Source: an uncultured Methanosarcinales archaeon (lineage in GTDB: Archaea; Halobacteriota; Methanosarcinia; Methanotrichales; Methanotrichaceae). From it: a stretch of 64,000 nucleotides of DNA. Both the position numbers and the translations under genes were made by a program. The notes under the pieces are model-generated. The model made no database searches and had not been told where the DNA came from. It was given only the letters and a program-made list of their open reading frames with translations. Shown one piece after another: positions 34,909-44,117 of the stretch (position 1 is the stretch's first letter; the number at the start of each line of letters is the position of its first letter). Where the stretch lies: positions 128,001-192,000 of the forward strand of contig CAWJKV010000002.1 of NCBI GenBank assembly GCA_963843555.1, written 5' to 3'.

Positions 34909-35122
34909 GAATTCAAGGTCTCATCAGAATTCTTTGATGATGTTTATGATATCAAGACCTTTGACAGCTTCCTCCTCCGATACGAATGCAGGTTCTGAAC
35001 GGCAAGGTCCTGTACGAGGATAATACCACCTTTATCTACGACAAAGCCTAGAGACCTTTAAAGAGTTCGAATCCTTCATGCGCGGGTATTACGATTACCT
35101 GGGAATAGAGGCAATCGACTGA
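34909..35122 (+). pseudogene. Decayed 3' half of an MNT antitoxin gene, paralogous to 39809..40195
   Basis: Shares GGCAAGGTCCTGTACGAGGA.ATACCACCTTTAT and TACGATTACCTGGGAATAGA with 39970-40195. Confidence 0.8.
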
Positions 35123-35204
35123 TGAATGTTAGGAAAACAGATTTTAAAGAAACAATGATAATGAATTTATGCCGAGAAGTCTGTTACATAGCCGAGGGTA
35201 CAAA

Positions 35205-35432
35205 ATGTACGAAGATAGAATAGTGATCGATCCGGCAGTAAGGCATGGAAAGCCGATCATAAAGGGTACCCGTGTTCCATTGGAGATAATTCTCGGCTCA
35301 CTTGCCGACGGCATGGATATTGTTGAGATTGTCAGGGAATACGATCTACAAAAGGAAGATGTTCTTGCTGCCCTGGCATATGCGGCCCGATTGATAGCCG
35401 GAGAAGAGATCACCGTCTATGTACAAGCCTAA
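35205..35432 (+). CDS. DUF433 family antitoxin
   Basis: RIVIDPAVRHGKPIIKGTRVP...EYDL..EDVLAALAYA. Confidence 0.9.
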   Translation: MYEDRIVIDPAVRHGKPIIKGTRVPLEIILGSLADGMDIVEIVREYDLQKEDVLAALAYAARLIAGEEITVYVQA

Positions 35433-35530
35433 ATTTTTGCTCGATGCAGATATGCCCAGATCGAGTGCTGAGGCTATTCGCTCCCTGGGTTTTGATGTGG
35501 AGGATGTTCGAGATTTAGGCATATTAATCA
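35419..35530 (+). pseudogene. Truncated DUF5615 PIN-like toxin
   Basis: KFLLDADMPRS...LGFDVEDVRDLG, after which similarity is lost. Usual partner of DUF433. Confidence 0.7.
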
Positions 35531-35713
35531 TCACTCCACGTGGTCCGGGGTCTCTTATTATGCCTGGCCTCCACCTTCCGCCCTTTAAAGACATGCCTTC
35601 CTCACGCACGCAGGAATGCGAGAGTGTGCCTGGGGTGCTGTTGACCTGTCTGCAATATGGCGTTTCAGGCTAAATATATAAACTTGAGAGGCTATTTTGA
35701 TATCGGTGATGGG

Positions 35714-35890
35714 ATGATTGTGAAGGCGAAATACGAAAACAATGTCTTGAAGCCCCTTGATAAGTTGGATCTGATTGAAGGAGAAGAGGTGGACATTGAA
35801 TTGAAGAAAAGGAGCCTCTTCGGGCTCTTAAAAAAGTGGAAGATCGACTCTCAATCTTTAAAGGATGAGCTGAGAGAGACCAATGGTTAG
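35714..35890 (+). CDS. AF2212/DUF104-like antitoxin
   Basis: VKAKYENNVLKPLDKLDLIEGEEV; overlaps the PIN gene. Confidence 0.85.
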   Translation: MIVKAKYENNVLKPLDKLDLIEGEEVDIELKKRSLFGLLKKWKIDSQSLKDELRETNG

Positions 35891-36260
35891 ATTATTTGCG
35901 GATACTTACGCCCTCATCGAGCTTCTCAAGGGAAATCCCAACTATGAGAGCTATTCTGACGTGGAATTGGTCTCTACAGAATTTAATATTCTTGAGTTGG
36001 CATACGCTCTTTTCAGGGATTTTGGACCCGATGAGGCTGCAAGGGTTATGAAATCCGTGAGAGCTAAGATCGATGTCATGCTTACAAATGACACAGATTA
36101 TACAAATGCGTCTCGGTTCAGATTGTCTGAAAATAGGACCGGAAAGAAGCTTTCCCTGGTGGATGCCCTTGGTTATTCTTATTCCAGAAAGCTGGGAATA
36201 AAATTTTTGACAGGAGATAGAGAATTCAGCGGAATGGAAGACGTAGAGTATGCCAAATAG
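35883..36260 (+). CDS. vapC: VapC/PIN toxin
   Basis: FADTYALI, E, SLVDAL.Y, LTGDREF. Confidence 0.88.
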   Translation: MVRLFADTYALIELLKGNPNYESYSDVELVSTEFNILELAYALFRDFGPDEAARVMKSVRAKIDVMLTNDTDYTNASRFRLSENRTGKKLSLVDALGYSYSRKLGIKFLTGDREFSGMEDVEYAK

Positions 36261-36276
36261 CGTTATTGAATCTACC

Positions 36277-36409
36277 GCAGGGCTGCCCGCGCCCGAGGAC
36301 ATTGGGCCTCGCAATGGTTCTGGCTTTGAGGGCATCATTCACTAGGGGCAAGAGGCCGGACGTAGGCGAGACAGTGCGATTCCCTGCCCGAGCACTGCAT
36401 GATGCAGAA
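36277..36409 (+). repeat. Decayed copy of the 3' region of the Fe-S gene (34649-34780)
   Basis: Shares CTTTGAGGG, AGGGGCAAGAGGCCGGA, GGCGAGAC and CTGCCCGAGCACTGCATGATGCAGAA. Confidence 0.9.
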
Positions 36410-36643
36410 ATGGTTTACTGCGCATCAGGATGCAATGAAGAAGGCTATTATCGATTTCTCAGTGAGGCGTTTGTTGATTTTTGATACGATTTCACATCCG
36501 ATGCCTCTGCACATCTTCGCGAATAATTCATCGTACTTATCAAGCGCAAAATCACTTCTTCAGGGATACAATCCTCTTAAGATTGCAATTACCCAAAAGT
36601 CTTTTGCGAAAGAAATTCTATCCGTAGAGTGGAGGCTTGATCA

Positions 36644-36946
36644 ATGAGACTGCTAATTGGCATTATGCTTTTAATGGTGTTTATTGGCCTGGCAGAATCA
36701 ATACAGGAAGGAGGGACTACCGGAAAAGTAATCCTCCTTGGGAGCTTATCTAAGAATGCCCTGAGTCAAACCAATGGTTCAAACGATTCCAATATCACAA
36801 ATCAAACCAATATAACAGACCAGAGCAGCAAGGCAATCGCCATAAAGAATCCCATGAGCACAATTCCTATTTCAAACAGGTATAAGAGCGCAACCTCGCC
36901 CAATTCCATCGAAGCCAATTCAATAGCATACAGATTTACAACTTGA
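36644..36946 (+). CDS. Small secreted hypothetical protein rich in N-glycosylation sequons
   Basis: Signal peptide; NGS, NDS, NIT, NQT, NIT. Confidence 0.6.
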   Translation: MRLLIGIMLLMVFIGLAESIQEGGTTGKVILLGSLSKNALSQTNGSNDSNITNQTNITDQSSKAIAIKNPMSTIPISNRYKSATSPNSIEANSIAYRFTT

Positions 36947-37126
36947 AAATATTATTTTTTATTTATAGATTTATTTAATTGGTATCGAATGGAGTCCTGA
37001 AATATGATTGATGATCCATCAGGGGTTTGTGATCAGGCAATACAATCACTCTGTAATGCCTTAAACCAAAAGCTTAAGCCACCCTATCGAAGGGCTTTTA
37101 ACCGCAGCCACTTATTCTAGGAGCCT

Positions 37127-37573
37127 ATGGGGATTAGTATCAAGCATACGATTTTATTTCTGGTGATCATATCATCCGTCTTCATCTATCTTCCTCAGGC
37201 AAAAGGAGGTTGTGCAGGAGGTTGTTCAGTCTCCGGCGGCGGGGGTTCTTCATCCAACTTCATGGGCGACCCGGCAGTCAACATCGACATGTCCAGCTTT
37301 GATGAGTTTGTCAGGGACAACCTTGGCAGTGATCCTCAAACGACATTACAGGCGAAATCGCTCTCTCAATATGAACCATTAAACAGCAATTCATCCAGTA
37401 ACCAAACCAGCAATGGCAATGTTAGTCAGAACAGCTTTGCAGTCAGTCCTGCAATCAATAGCTCAGGAAACACGACATCCAATAATGGGACAGTTAAATT
37501 AGATACCACAGGAATGCAGGACAAGAGATTATCAACTCTGGTTTTTACCGCTTTCAATAACAATATGTTCTAG
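37127..37573 (+). CDS. Secreted hypothetical protein (CAGGC, S/N-rich)
   Basis: Signal peptide, GGCAGGC and multiple N-x-S/T sequons. Confidence 0.65.
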   Translation: MGISIKHTILFLVIISSVFIYLPQAKGGCAGGCSVSGGGGSSSNFMGDPAVNIDMSSFDEFVRDNLGSDPQTTLQAKSLSQYEPLNSNSSSNQTSNGNVSQNSFAVSPAINSSGNTTSNNGTVKLDTTGMQDKRLSTLVFTAFNNNMF

Positions 37574-37882
37574 ACCGAACCCTAATGAACCTGGATGATG
37601 TGGAATCTCAAAGCAAAGAAGCAGGCAAAGGAACAGGAAAAAGATTGATGATGCTAGCTGGCTTGGATCACATCTTCATCGGAATTTATCAAATCTTGGT
37701 GCAGGAGGAACATCATGGTCGAGAGAACAAGGAACCAAAAAGTGCATATTCGGGGCGCTCTCTCCAGATCAAACAATTCTATGTAATCTTGATTTCGCAC
37801 TTCAATTATATGCGATAGATTATAACACATTAATATCTAATGCCAAAACATATTTATTTCAATGTCATCCTATCCGTGAATT

Positions 37883-38668
37883 ATGAAAACAAACAGGTTA
37901 TTATCGACGTTATTGGCGTTTGTTCTACTGGCATGTTTATCAGGGGTTCAAGGGCAATATGTGATCCCACTGAGCAGTTCAAGCACTTCGCCAGGTACTT
38001 CGCAGTACTCTCAATTCTATACTGCACTTACAGGATCTGTCCCAAACTCATATATTCAGCCCCCAGTGCAATTCAATCTCACAGGCAAGACCCCAGCAAA
38101 TGTCTACTTCGGCACCCAGATGCAGCAAGTTCCTTACTCTACCTATCAATCAACCGCATCCGGTAATGCCCTATGGATACAGGGAGCAACAGATTGGTCA
38201 CAATACGCTGCAGTTCCCCAGAGAACGATGGTATCGCTATTGGCGATCTCGCCCAGCGAAGGCAGCGGCAACCTTATCCTGGTCGATCCAAGTGGTCAGA
38301 ATTATACCTCTAGCTACTTCTTTTATCCCGCTAGCCAGCTTGGCTTCTATGCAGATGCTCCTGGACGGTACACGTTGTCATTTATTGAAGGCGGGATAAC
38401 AAGCAATCCTGTGGTAATAGATGTATCAAACACAGTGACAATTTCTTACAATCCAACAGCAAATTATTACCCACCTTCACCCAATAATCCCGCAAAGTCT
38501 TTAGGAAGTTATTCTGGGTACGATGTTCCATTTGATAGCAATGCTCCTCAAGCCGCACTGGACTATAAAGCTGCGAACAGAGCAAACCAGAAAGTGTTTG
38601 ATAACTATAATAGTGGCAATCCCTTTGCCTGGGACTATGGAACCTACCAATGGTTGAACTCGCCTTAA
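37883..38668 (+). CDS. Secreted hypothetical protein
   Basis: Signal peptide, LWIQGATDWSQYA and FYADAPGRY motifs. Confidence 0.75.
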   Translation: MKTNRLLSTLLAFVLLACLSGVQGQYVIPLSSSSTSPGTSQYSQFYTALTGSVPNSYIQPPVQFNLTGKTPANVYFGTQMQQVPYSTYQSTASGNALWIQGATDWSQYAAVPQRTMVSLLAISPSEGSGNLILVDPSGQNYTSSYFFYPASQLGFYADAPGRYTLSFIEGGITSNPVVIDVSNTVTISYNPTANYYPPSPNNPAKSLGSYSGYDVPFDSNAPQAALDYKAANRANQKVFDNYNSGNPFAWDYGTYQWLNSP

Positions 38669-38770
38669 TTCCGTGAAGGGGGAAGAAATCGACAGCTTAT
38701 TATTTTATCCTTTTTTTTAGGTTATAACCCGGTATCCACTAAGTGAAATGTTTCTTACATAAATTTAATA

Positions 38771-38944
38771 GCATGTAGGTTCTGGCCTTTGAGGGCACGA
38801 TTCGTTGGGGCGAGGTCGGAGGTTGGCTAGGCGATGGGCTTCCTGCCCATACACTGCATGATGCAGAAGGTGCATTCGGGAGTGGTAGCGCACTTCGAGG
38901 GAGCCGGGATGAGGATCGAGGGGACCGATCTGAAGGTGTGGTAG
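38771..38944 (+). repeat. Second decayed copy of the Fe-S gene 3' end (34684-34857)
   Basis: Shares CCTTTGAGGG, CACTGCATGATGCAGAAGGTGCATTC.GGAGTGGT and GAGGATCGAGGGGA.CGAT.TGAAGGTGTGGTA through to the stop. Confidence 0.9.
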
Positions 38945-39104
38945 CAGATAGCGAAATTCACGAGATACAATCAACTGCATAATGGTTTAATAATTTAAAG
39001 GGATGCGGAGATGATTTACCGCCCATCTTCTAGAACATGGGATTGCTGAAAAGCCTCCAAAGTCTGAATATCAAAGCGATTCCATCGGCACATTTGCCAT
39101 CATG

Positions 39105-39335
39105 CTACCATCTCGGTCCTGCCAAAGCCCGCTTCCCAAGATTGGTTAGCCCTGCCGCATTTATGCCGTTTGGGAGGCTGGAACGTTCCATATCCGACTC
39201 GCTTTGGGTTTTGACATATCCCTGCATCTCCAACCCACCCAGGCGTGCCCCAAGTTCTTCGGGATCAAGTTTTACCAGAGAATTGATCCTATCTGCTTTT
39301 GGATAGGGAACCTTAAGGGCGGCTATTGCTTTCAT
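39105..39335 (-). CDS. Hypothetical protein (possible winged helix)
   Basis: 76-aa ORF with LEMQGYV...LTNLGK pattern. Confidence 0.4.
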   Translation of the reverse strand: MKAIAALKVPYPKADRINSLVKLDPEELGARLGGLEMQGYVKTQSESDMERSSLPNGINAAGLTNLGKRALAGPRW

Positions 39336-39465
39336 GATCTCGAAATCAATGGTGTCCGTTGTCTATCACCTCAAGTTAATCAAAGTGCAACCCTGTAATA
39401 GTTATAGTTTCTTGCGATTTCTTCTGTCGAAACGGTTTTATCGGGAGATGACATATTTAAGAGAT

Positions 39466-39621
39466 ATGGCAGACGATAGTACTATTAAGAGCCTGATCTT
39501 GCTGGTTCTGGCAATCATAATCGTCATTGCCCTCTGGAGAACCTTGTGGTTCCTTGCTGGAGTGGCGATATTCATATTTGTGGTCTATATAGTTTACCAG
39601 TTGCTCAAGGACAAACTCTGA
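39466..39621 (+). CDS. Small membrane protein
   Basis: 51 aa, two hydrophobic segments (MADDSTIKSLILLVLAII...). Confidence 0.6.
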   Translation: MADDSTIKSLILLVLAIIIVIALWRTLWFLAGVAIFIFVVYIVYQLLKDKL

Positions 39622-39808
39622 TTCGTCCGCTTTGTAGACCCCAGGCAGATCCTAGGATTTATGCTGAGAAAGCAGTATAGATAGTGATTTGGGGCACAAA
39701 ATGCCAAGGAATACAACCTGCAGAAGGATATTCTGGCTGCCATGGCATATGCTGTCCGATTAAATATCCACTAAAATGCCGCAGAAGCCCGCAAAGGGAT
39801 CAATCATT

Positions 39809-40195
39809 ATGCCAAGCTTAGCCCAAAAAATTGATCGAGCCGTCAAGGAGATCATAGCTCTAGGCGGCCCCAAGATTCGATTTATCATCCTCTATGGCTC
39901 AGCCAACGAAGGCCGTATGAAAGAGGATTCGGACATCGATATCAGCGTGTACTACGATGATGCTGATGCCTCCGAATTCCGTCTCAAAGTCTTATCCGAT
40001 CTCTTTGACGATGTCTATGATATCAAGATCTTCCAGCAGCTTCCGCTTCCTATACGCCGCCAGGTCTTGAAGGGCAAGGTCCTGTACGAGGACGATACCA
40101 CCTTTATGTACGACAAAGCTTATGAGACGATTAAAGAGTTTGAATCCTTCAAGCGCGGATACTACGATTACCTGGGAATAGAACCAATAACCTAA
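39809..40195 (+). CDS. Minimal nucleotidyltransferase (MNT) antitoxin
   Basis: ILYGS...DSDIDISV; upstream of a HEPN gene. Confidence 0.9.
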   Translation: MPSLAQKIDRAVKEIIALGGPKIRFIILYGSANEGRMKEDSDIDISVYYDDADASEFRLKVLSDLFDDVYDIKIFQQLPLPIRRQVLKGKVLYEDDTTFMYDKAYETIKEFESFKRGYYDYLGIEPIT

Positions 40196-40208
40196 GCAGA
40201 GGCATGGA

Positions 40209-40673
40209 ATGGCAAGAAATAGAAACCTCAGGGCGGAACTGATAAGGTCAAAATTAGTTGACATCGAGGAGAGCGTGAACCTTGTTTCAGAGAACCTTCC
40301 TCAAAGCTTCGAGGAATTTTCTCAGCTTGGGCTGGTCAAGGATGGAATCTACAAGAGAATGGAGTTTGCCATCGAGAATATTATTGATATTACCTCAATA
40401 ATTAACTCGGATCTGCGTCTTAGCGTTCCCGAGAGCGAAGAGAGTTTTGTTGAAAGCCTAGTCAAAAATGAAATACTGACGCAGAATATGGCAGAGAAGA
40501 CTCGAAGAATGAAGGGATTCAGAAATATAATAGTCCATAGATATGGAAGGATTGACGACCTTTTGGCTTATAAAATTCTAACAGAGCATATGGACGATAT
40601 CTACGAATTTATGGAATCAATCGAGCGATTCCTGGATAAAACGGGAGAGCAATCGGACCCGCAAGAGTTGTGA
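40209..40673 (+). CDS. HEPN (DUF86) ribonuclease toxin
   Basis: GFRNIIVHRY (Rx4H) motif. Confidence 0.9.
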   Translation: MARNRNLRAELIRSKLVDIEESVNLVSENLPQSFEEFSQLGLVKDGIYKRMEFAIENIIDITSIINSDLRLSVPESEESFVESLVKNEILTQNMAEKTRRMKGFRNIIVHRYGRIDDLLAYKILTEHMDDIYEFMESIERFLDKTGEQSDPQEL

Positions 40674-40879
40674 GCAAGCTGCAATAATAGATGAAAACTA
40701 TAATCGCCCAGCAATTGAAATCCTGCGTGCAGTGCCCGCAGGCCCATGCGCACGCGCGCGCCTGCCTGCATGCGAGAGAGTCCTTTCCTGTATTCTATGA
40801 GGCCTAACTCCTATCGTCCAGTCCGTTTCCAGAGAGATTTAATTAGGTGGATGCACATATAGCTAGACGGGGTGCATGC

Positions 40880-41101
40880 ATGATAAGAGCAAAATTCGAA
40901 GACGGCAAACTTCCCATTCCTCAGAACATCGTGCAAAAAGCGGGGCTGAAAGAGGGCGATGAAGTTGAAGTGGGGCTTGAAGATGGAAAAGTGATTATCA
41001 AGCCTCTAATTGCCAAAGAAGAGTTCAAGAGGGAATTGAAAGGCTGTGTGGAGATCTCAAAGATCAATCCTCTTGAGGTAAAGAGAATATGGAAAGCCTG
41101 A
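40880..41101 (+). CDS. AbrB/MazE-fold antitoxin
   Basis: IPQNIVQKAGLKEGDEVEV...VIIKP. Confidence 0.85.
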   Translation: MIRAKFEDGKLPIPQNIVQKAGLKEGDEVEVGLEDGKVIIKPLIAKEEFKRELKGCVEISKINPLEVKRIWKA

Positions 41102-41499
41102 TATTTATAGACTCCAACATTTGGTGCTATTACTTTGATCGCTCTGCCCAAGAGCACGATCTTGTTTCAGAGAAATTAGAGCTAGCACTGGAAGGGGTTG
41201 TGGCTATAAATACCGTAGTCGAGATGGAGTTAGCCCATTACCTCATCAAGAGTTTAGGTGCTCAGGGAAAGAGGAAAATGGATCTATTCCTTTCATTCCC
41301 TATGGACGTTGTCGACTTCGACCAGCTATTGGCTATAAGATCGATTGAACTTCTTGCAAAGTTCTCACAAATTGGAATAGGCGGGTGAGATGCCACTATC
41401 TTGGCCGCTATGGAAGAGCTCGGGATCAAGAAGCTAATGACACATGATCGGGCTTTTAAACGGATAGACTCAATTGAGGTCGTAGATCCAATAGTCTGA
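41089..41499 (+). pseudogene. vapC: VapC/PIN toxin with an in-frame nonsense codon at 41386
   Basis: IFIDSNIW...GIGG*DATILAAM...MTHDRAFKRI...VDPIV*; the frame continues unbroken after the TGA. Confidence 0.8.
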
Positions 41500-41543
41500 T
41501 AGGTTTAAAAGAGAGAAAATTCGAGATTGATAAACACAAACCA

Positions 41544-42015
41544 CTAACTTATGGGCGCATAGATTATGGTGAGGATCTCCTCCGGCGGGACCTCTCTGGG
41601 ATCGTTCAGGTAAGCCTCTCTTATGGGCCCGGTCAACTTCAGTCCATTTTCCTGAAGCCAGGCAAAGAGCCTCTCGTAAACCGGCCCGCTCGCCTCGTAA
41701 GGGCCTTTGTGAATTACCTTCGCCATCTTCCCGCCGGAAAGCTCGTGGCACTTGATCTCATCCTTCTCTAGTATCCTTTCGGCAACGGGAACACAGACTT
41801 CGATGTCGGCATTGCCTGCCTCATCGGCTTTCACTGCATCTTCAACGCTCTTCTCATGCCAGAGATAAAGGGGCGGCCCGGCAATTACGGCTCCCTGGCT
41901 CATAGAATACTCAAATAGAGCAGGCAGCATCTTTGCGATCTCCTTGTAATGCCCTTTCCGTCGCATTCCTGCCACGAGCTCGGGCCTTTTCATCTACAAT
42001 TGTTATTTCGTTCAT
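41544..42015 (-). CDS. GyrI-like small-molecule-binding protein; frameshift near 41990
   Basis: HKGPYE, Y..L..W, PIREAYLNDP; the start MNEITIVDE at 42015 is in another frame. Confidence 0.85.
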
Positions 42016-42151
42016 GCCTTCACACCAATCCAGTCCTATTTTTCCATTAGTGCTGAATATGCTGAATCTCTCAGTTCCCGGCTAAACTTTTTATAAGATC
42101 CGGTCCTAATTAGCAGCAATTATTTCCCATTGTCAAAGGAGTGTTCTTTGC

Positions 42152-42547
42152 ATGCTGCATAAGGATAAAAAATCAATTAACACAAAGGTTTCGCCTTTCT
42201 GGACCTCTAAGATTAGAGCGCTTGCGGCAATGGTACTAATTGTCATGCTGGCAATGCCTGCCATGGCTCATTCGCCAGCCAGAGTGAATCTCGATTACGA
42301 CAGCCAGAATCAGACCCTGAATGTAACAACGACTCATGCCGTATCAAATCCCAGCAGCCATTATGTCATGAAGATTGTCGTCGAGAAGAACGGTAAGCAA
42401 GTCTTGACCAAAGAATACCAGAGCCAGCCCACTTCTTCCAAGTTCAGCTATGACTATCCCATCAACGCCAGCAAGGGAGATGCTCTCAAAGCGACTGCCT
42501 ACTGCAGCATTACCGGCCGCAGATCCGGCGAGATCACAGTTGCGTAG
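42152..42547 (+). CDS. Secreted hypothetical protein (HSP...THAV...HY...YC pattern)
   Basis: Signal peptide ending AMA-HSP; candidate His/Cys metal ligands. Confidence 0.65.
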   Translation: MLHKDKKSINTKVSPFWTSKIRALAAMVLIVMLAMPAMAHSPARVNLDYDSQNQTLNVTTTHAVSNPSSHYVMKIVVEKNGKQVLTKEYQSQPTSSKFSYDYPINASKGDALKATAYCSITGRRSGEITVA

Positions 42548-42707
42548 GATGCAAAGCCGGCCGCAATGCAGGCAGCAGCTGAGAATGAAACCGTTGGGAA
42601 TGCATCGCTACCTCTGGAGAAGGCCAGTTGATGTGCAGCCTCTAAAAGACGGAAAAAAGAGATAGATGAGGGCTGATAACCCTCGTTATCATCACCGCCA
42701 GCGCGGC

Positions 42708-43324
42708 TTACTGGCTCATTAAGATTTCGTAGGTATCCTTGTGCGGATTGATGAGCAGCTTTTCCGCAATCTCCCTGGCATTCATCTCGGCTTCGGGACG
42801 AAGGCTATTGAAGTACAGCTTCCAGACGGTCGCCTTCTTCACATCCACCACATTCTTGAAGCCCAGGCGGCTTCGCAGCCGCTCCCGCGTGGAGATGGCC
42901 TCGCCGTCCTCGATATGCAGGGCGACCTTCACCGGCACATAGCCTTCCTCGAACTCCAGAGTATCGATGAGAACTTTGTGGCTCTCTTTGTTCTCATTGA
43001 CCAGCTCTCTGGCAAAGCTCCTGGCCAGCTCTTCCGGGTCTCCGGAATCGACCTCAATGCTGAAGAGCCGCTCCTTCTTCACATCTTCCAGAACGTTTCC
43101 ATAGCCCAGGCGTCGCACCAGAGTGTTCTTCACAGTGGCCGCTTCCGCATCCGGGATCTTCAGCCAGACCCGCAAATTGATCATGATCATGCGGTGCGGT
43201 ATCGGAACCGAATCAGCGCCAGATCATCCCCAGCATCGACATCCTCGGCACCAGCATCGATATCCGCATCGACACCAGCATCGACTTCTGCATCAAGACT
43301 CTCACTATCCGATTCCATTAGCAT
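42708..43324 (-). CDS. purS: FGAM synthase subunit PurS (tandem domain) with a probable acidic N-terminal extension across a frameshift
   Basis: Two PurS-like halves (DAEAATVKNTL..RLG / DGEAIST...RLG...LLINP); follows purQ. Core ORF 42708..43190. Confidence 0.75.
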
Positions 43325-44117
43325 GGATTCACCTCAATGTAGCGCTTCATAGACTCGAAGACCCGTCTTCCGGGTCCAGGCTCATCCGGCCTTTGCTTTC
43401 TCGGATCGAAGGAGGGAAGCTGCCAGGCGAAGAATGACTCTCTCCGGGTGGGGCATCATTCCCAGAACATTTCCTTCCGGATTGCAGATGGCTGCGATGC
43501 TCTCAGTGCTGCCGTTCACATTCACCGGGAACTCATTTATGACCCTGCCGTTCTTATCGCAATAGCGGAAGACCACCTGTTCTTGATCGTTCAGCATTTT
43601 CAGAAGACCCGGAGATGTCGTTACCAGATTCCCCTCACCGTGGGCGATGGGGATCTTCAAGAGAGCGCCCATCTCGATCAAGAAGGAGCCGCTGCACCTC
43701 CTGGATGAGGCGTCATGTCTCAGGTTGACCCAGTCGCAGTAGTAGCCCCGGCGAACGATGTTTCCCTTGGAGACCATCACATTCTGGGCCAGGGCCATAT
43801 CCACGTTTCCCGAACCGGGCAGGAGACCGGTCTCCACCAGGATCTGGAATCCGTTGCAGATGCCGATGATGGGCTTGCCAATGGCAGCCTCCTCCTTGAG
43901 AGCCGCCAGGACCGGCTCTTTGGAGGCAATCACGCCTGCTCGCACCCGGTCTTGGTAAGAGAAGCCTCCAGGAATGACGAATCCGTCAAAGCCCGGACAG
44001 CTCGCCTGCCGGCCGGTTCCAGCGGAAGAGCTCTCCCTCCATGCCGACCGCTTTCACTGCCACCAGAGTTTCAAACTCGCAGTTCGTGCCAGGGAACTGC
44101 ATTACTGCGATCTTCAT
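43318..44117 (-). CDS. purQ: FGAM synthase subunit PurQ; frameshifts
   Basis: MKIAVMQFPGTNCE, PGGFSY, GICNGFQILVE.GLLP, PIAHGEG, GMMPHPER. Confidence 0.92.
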
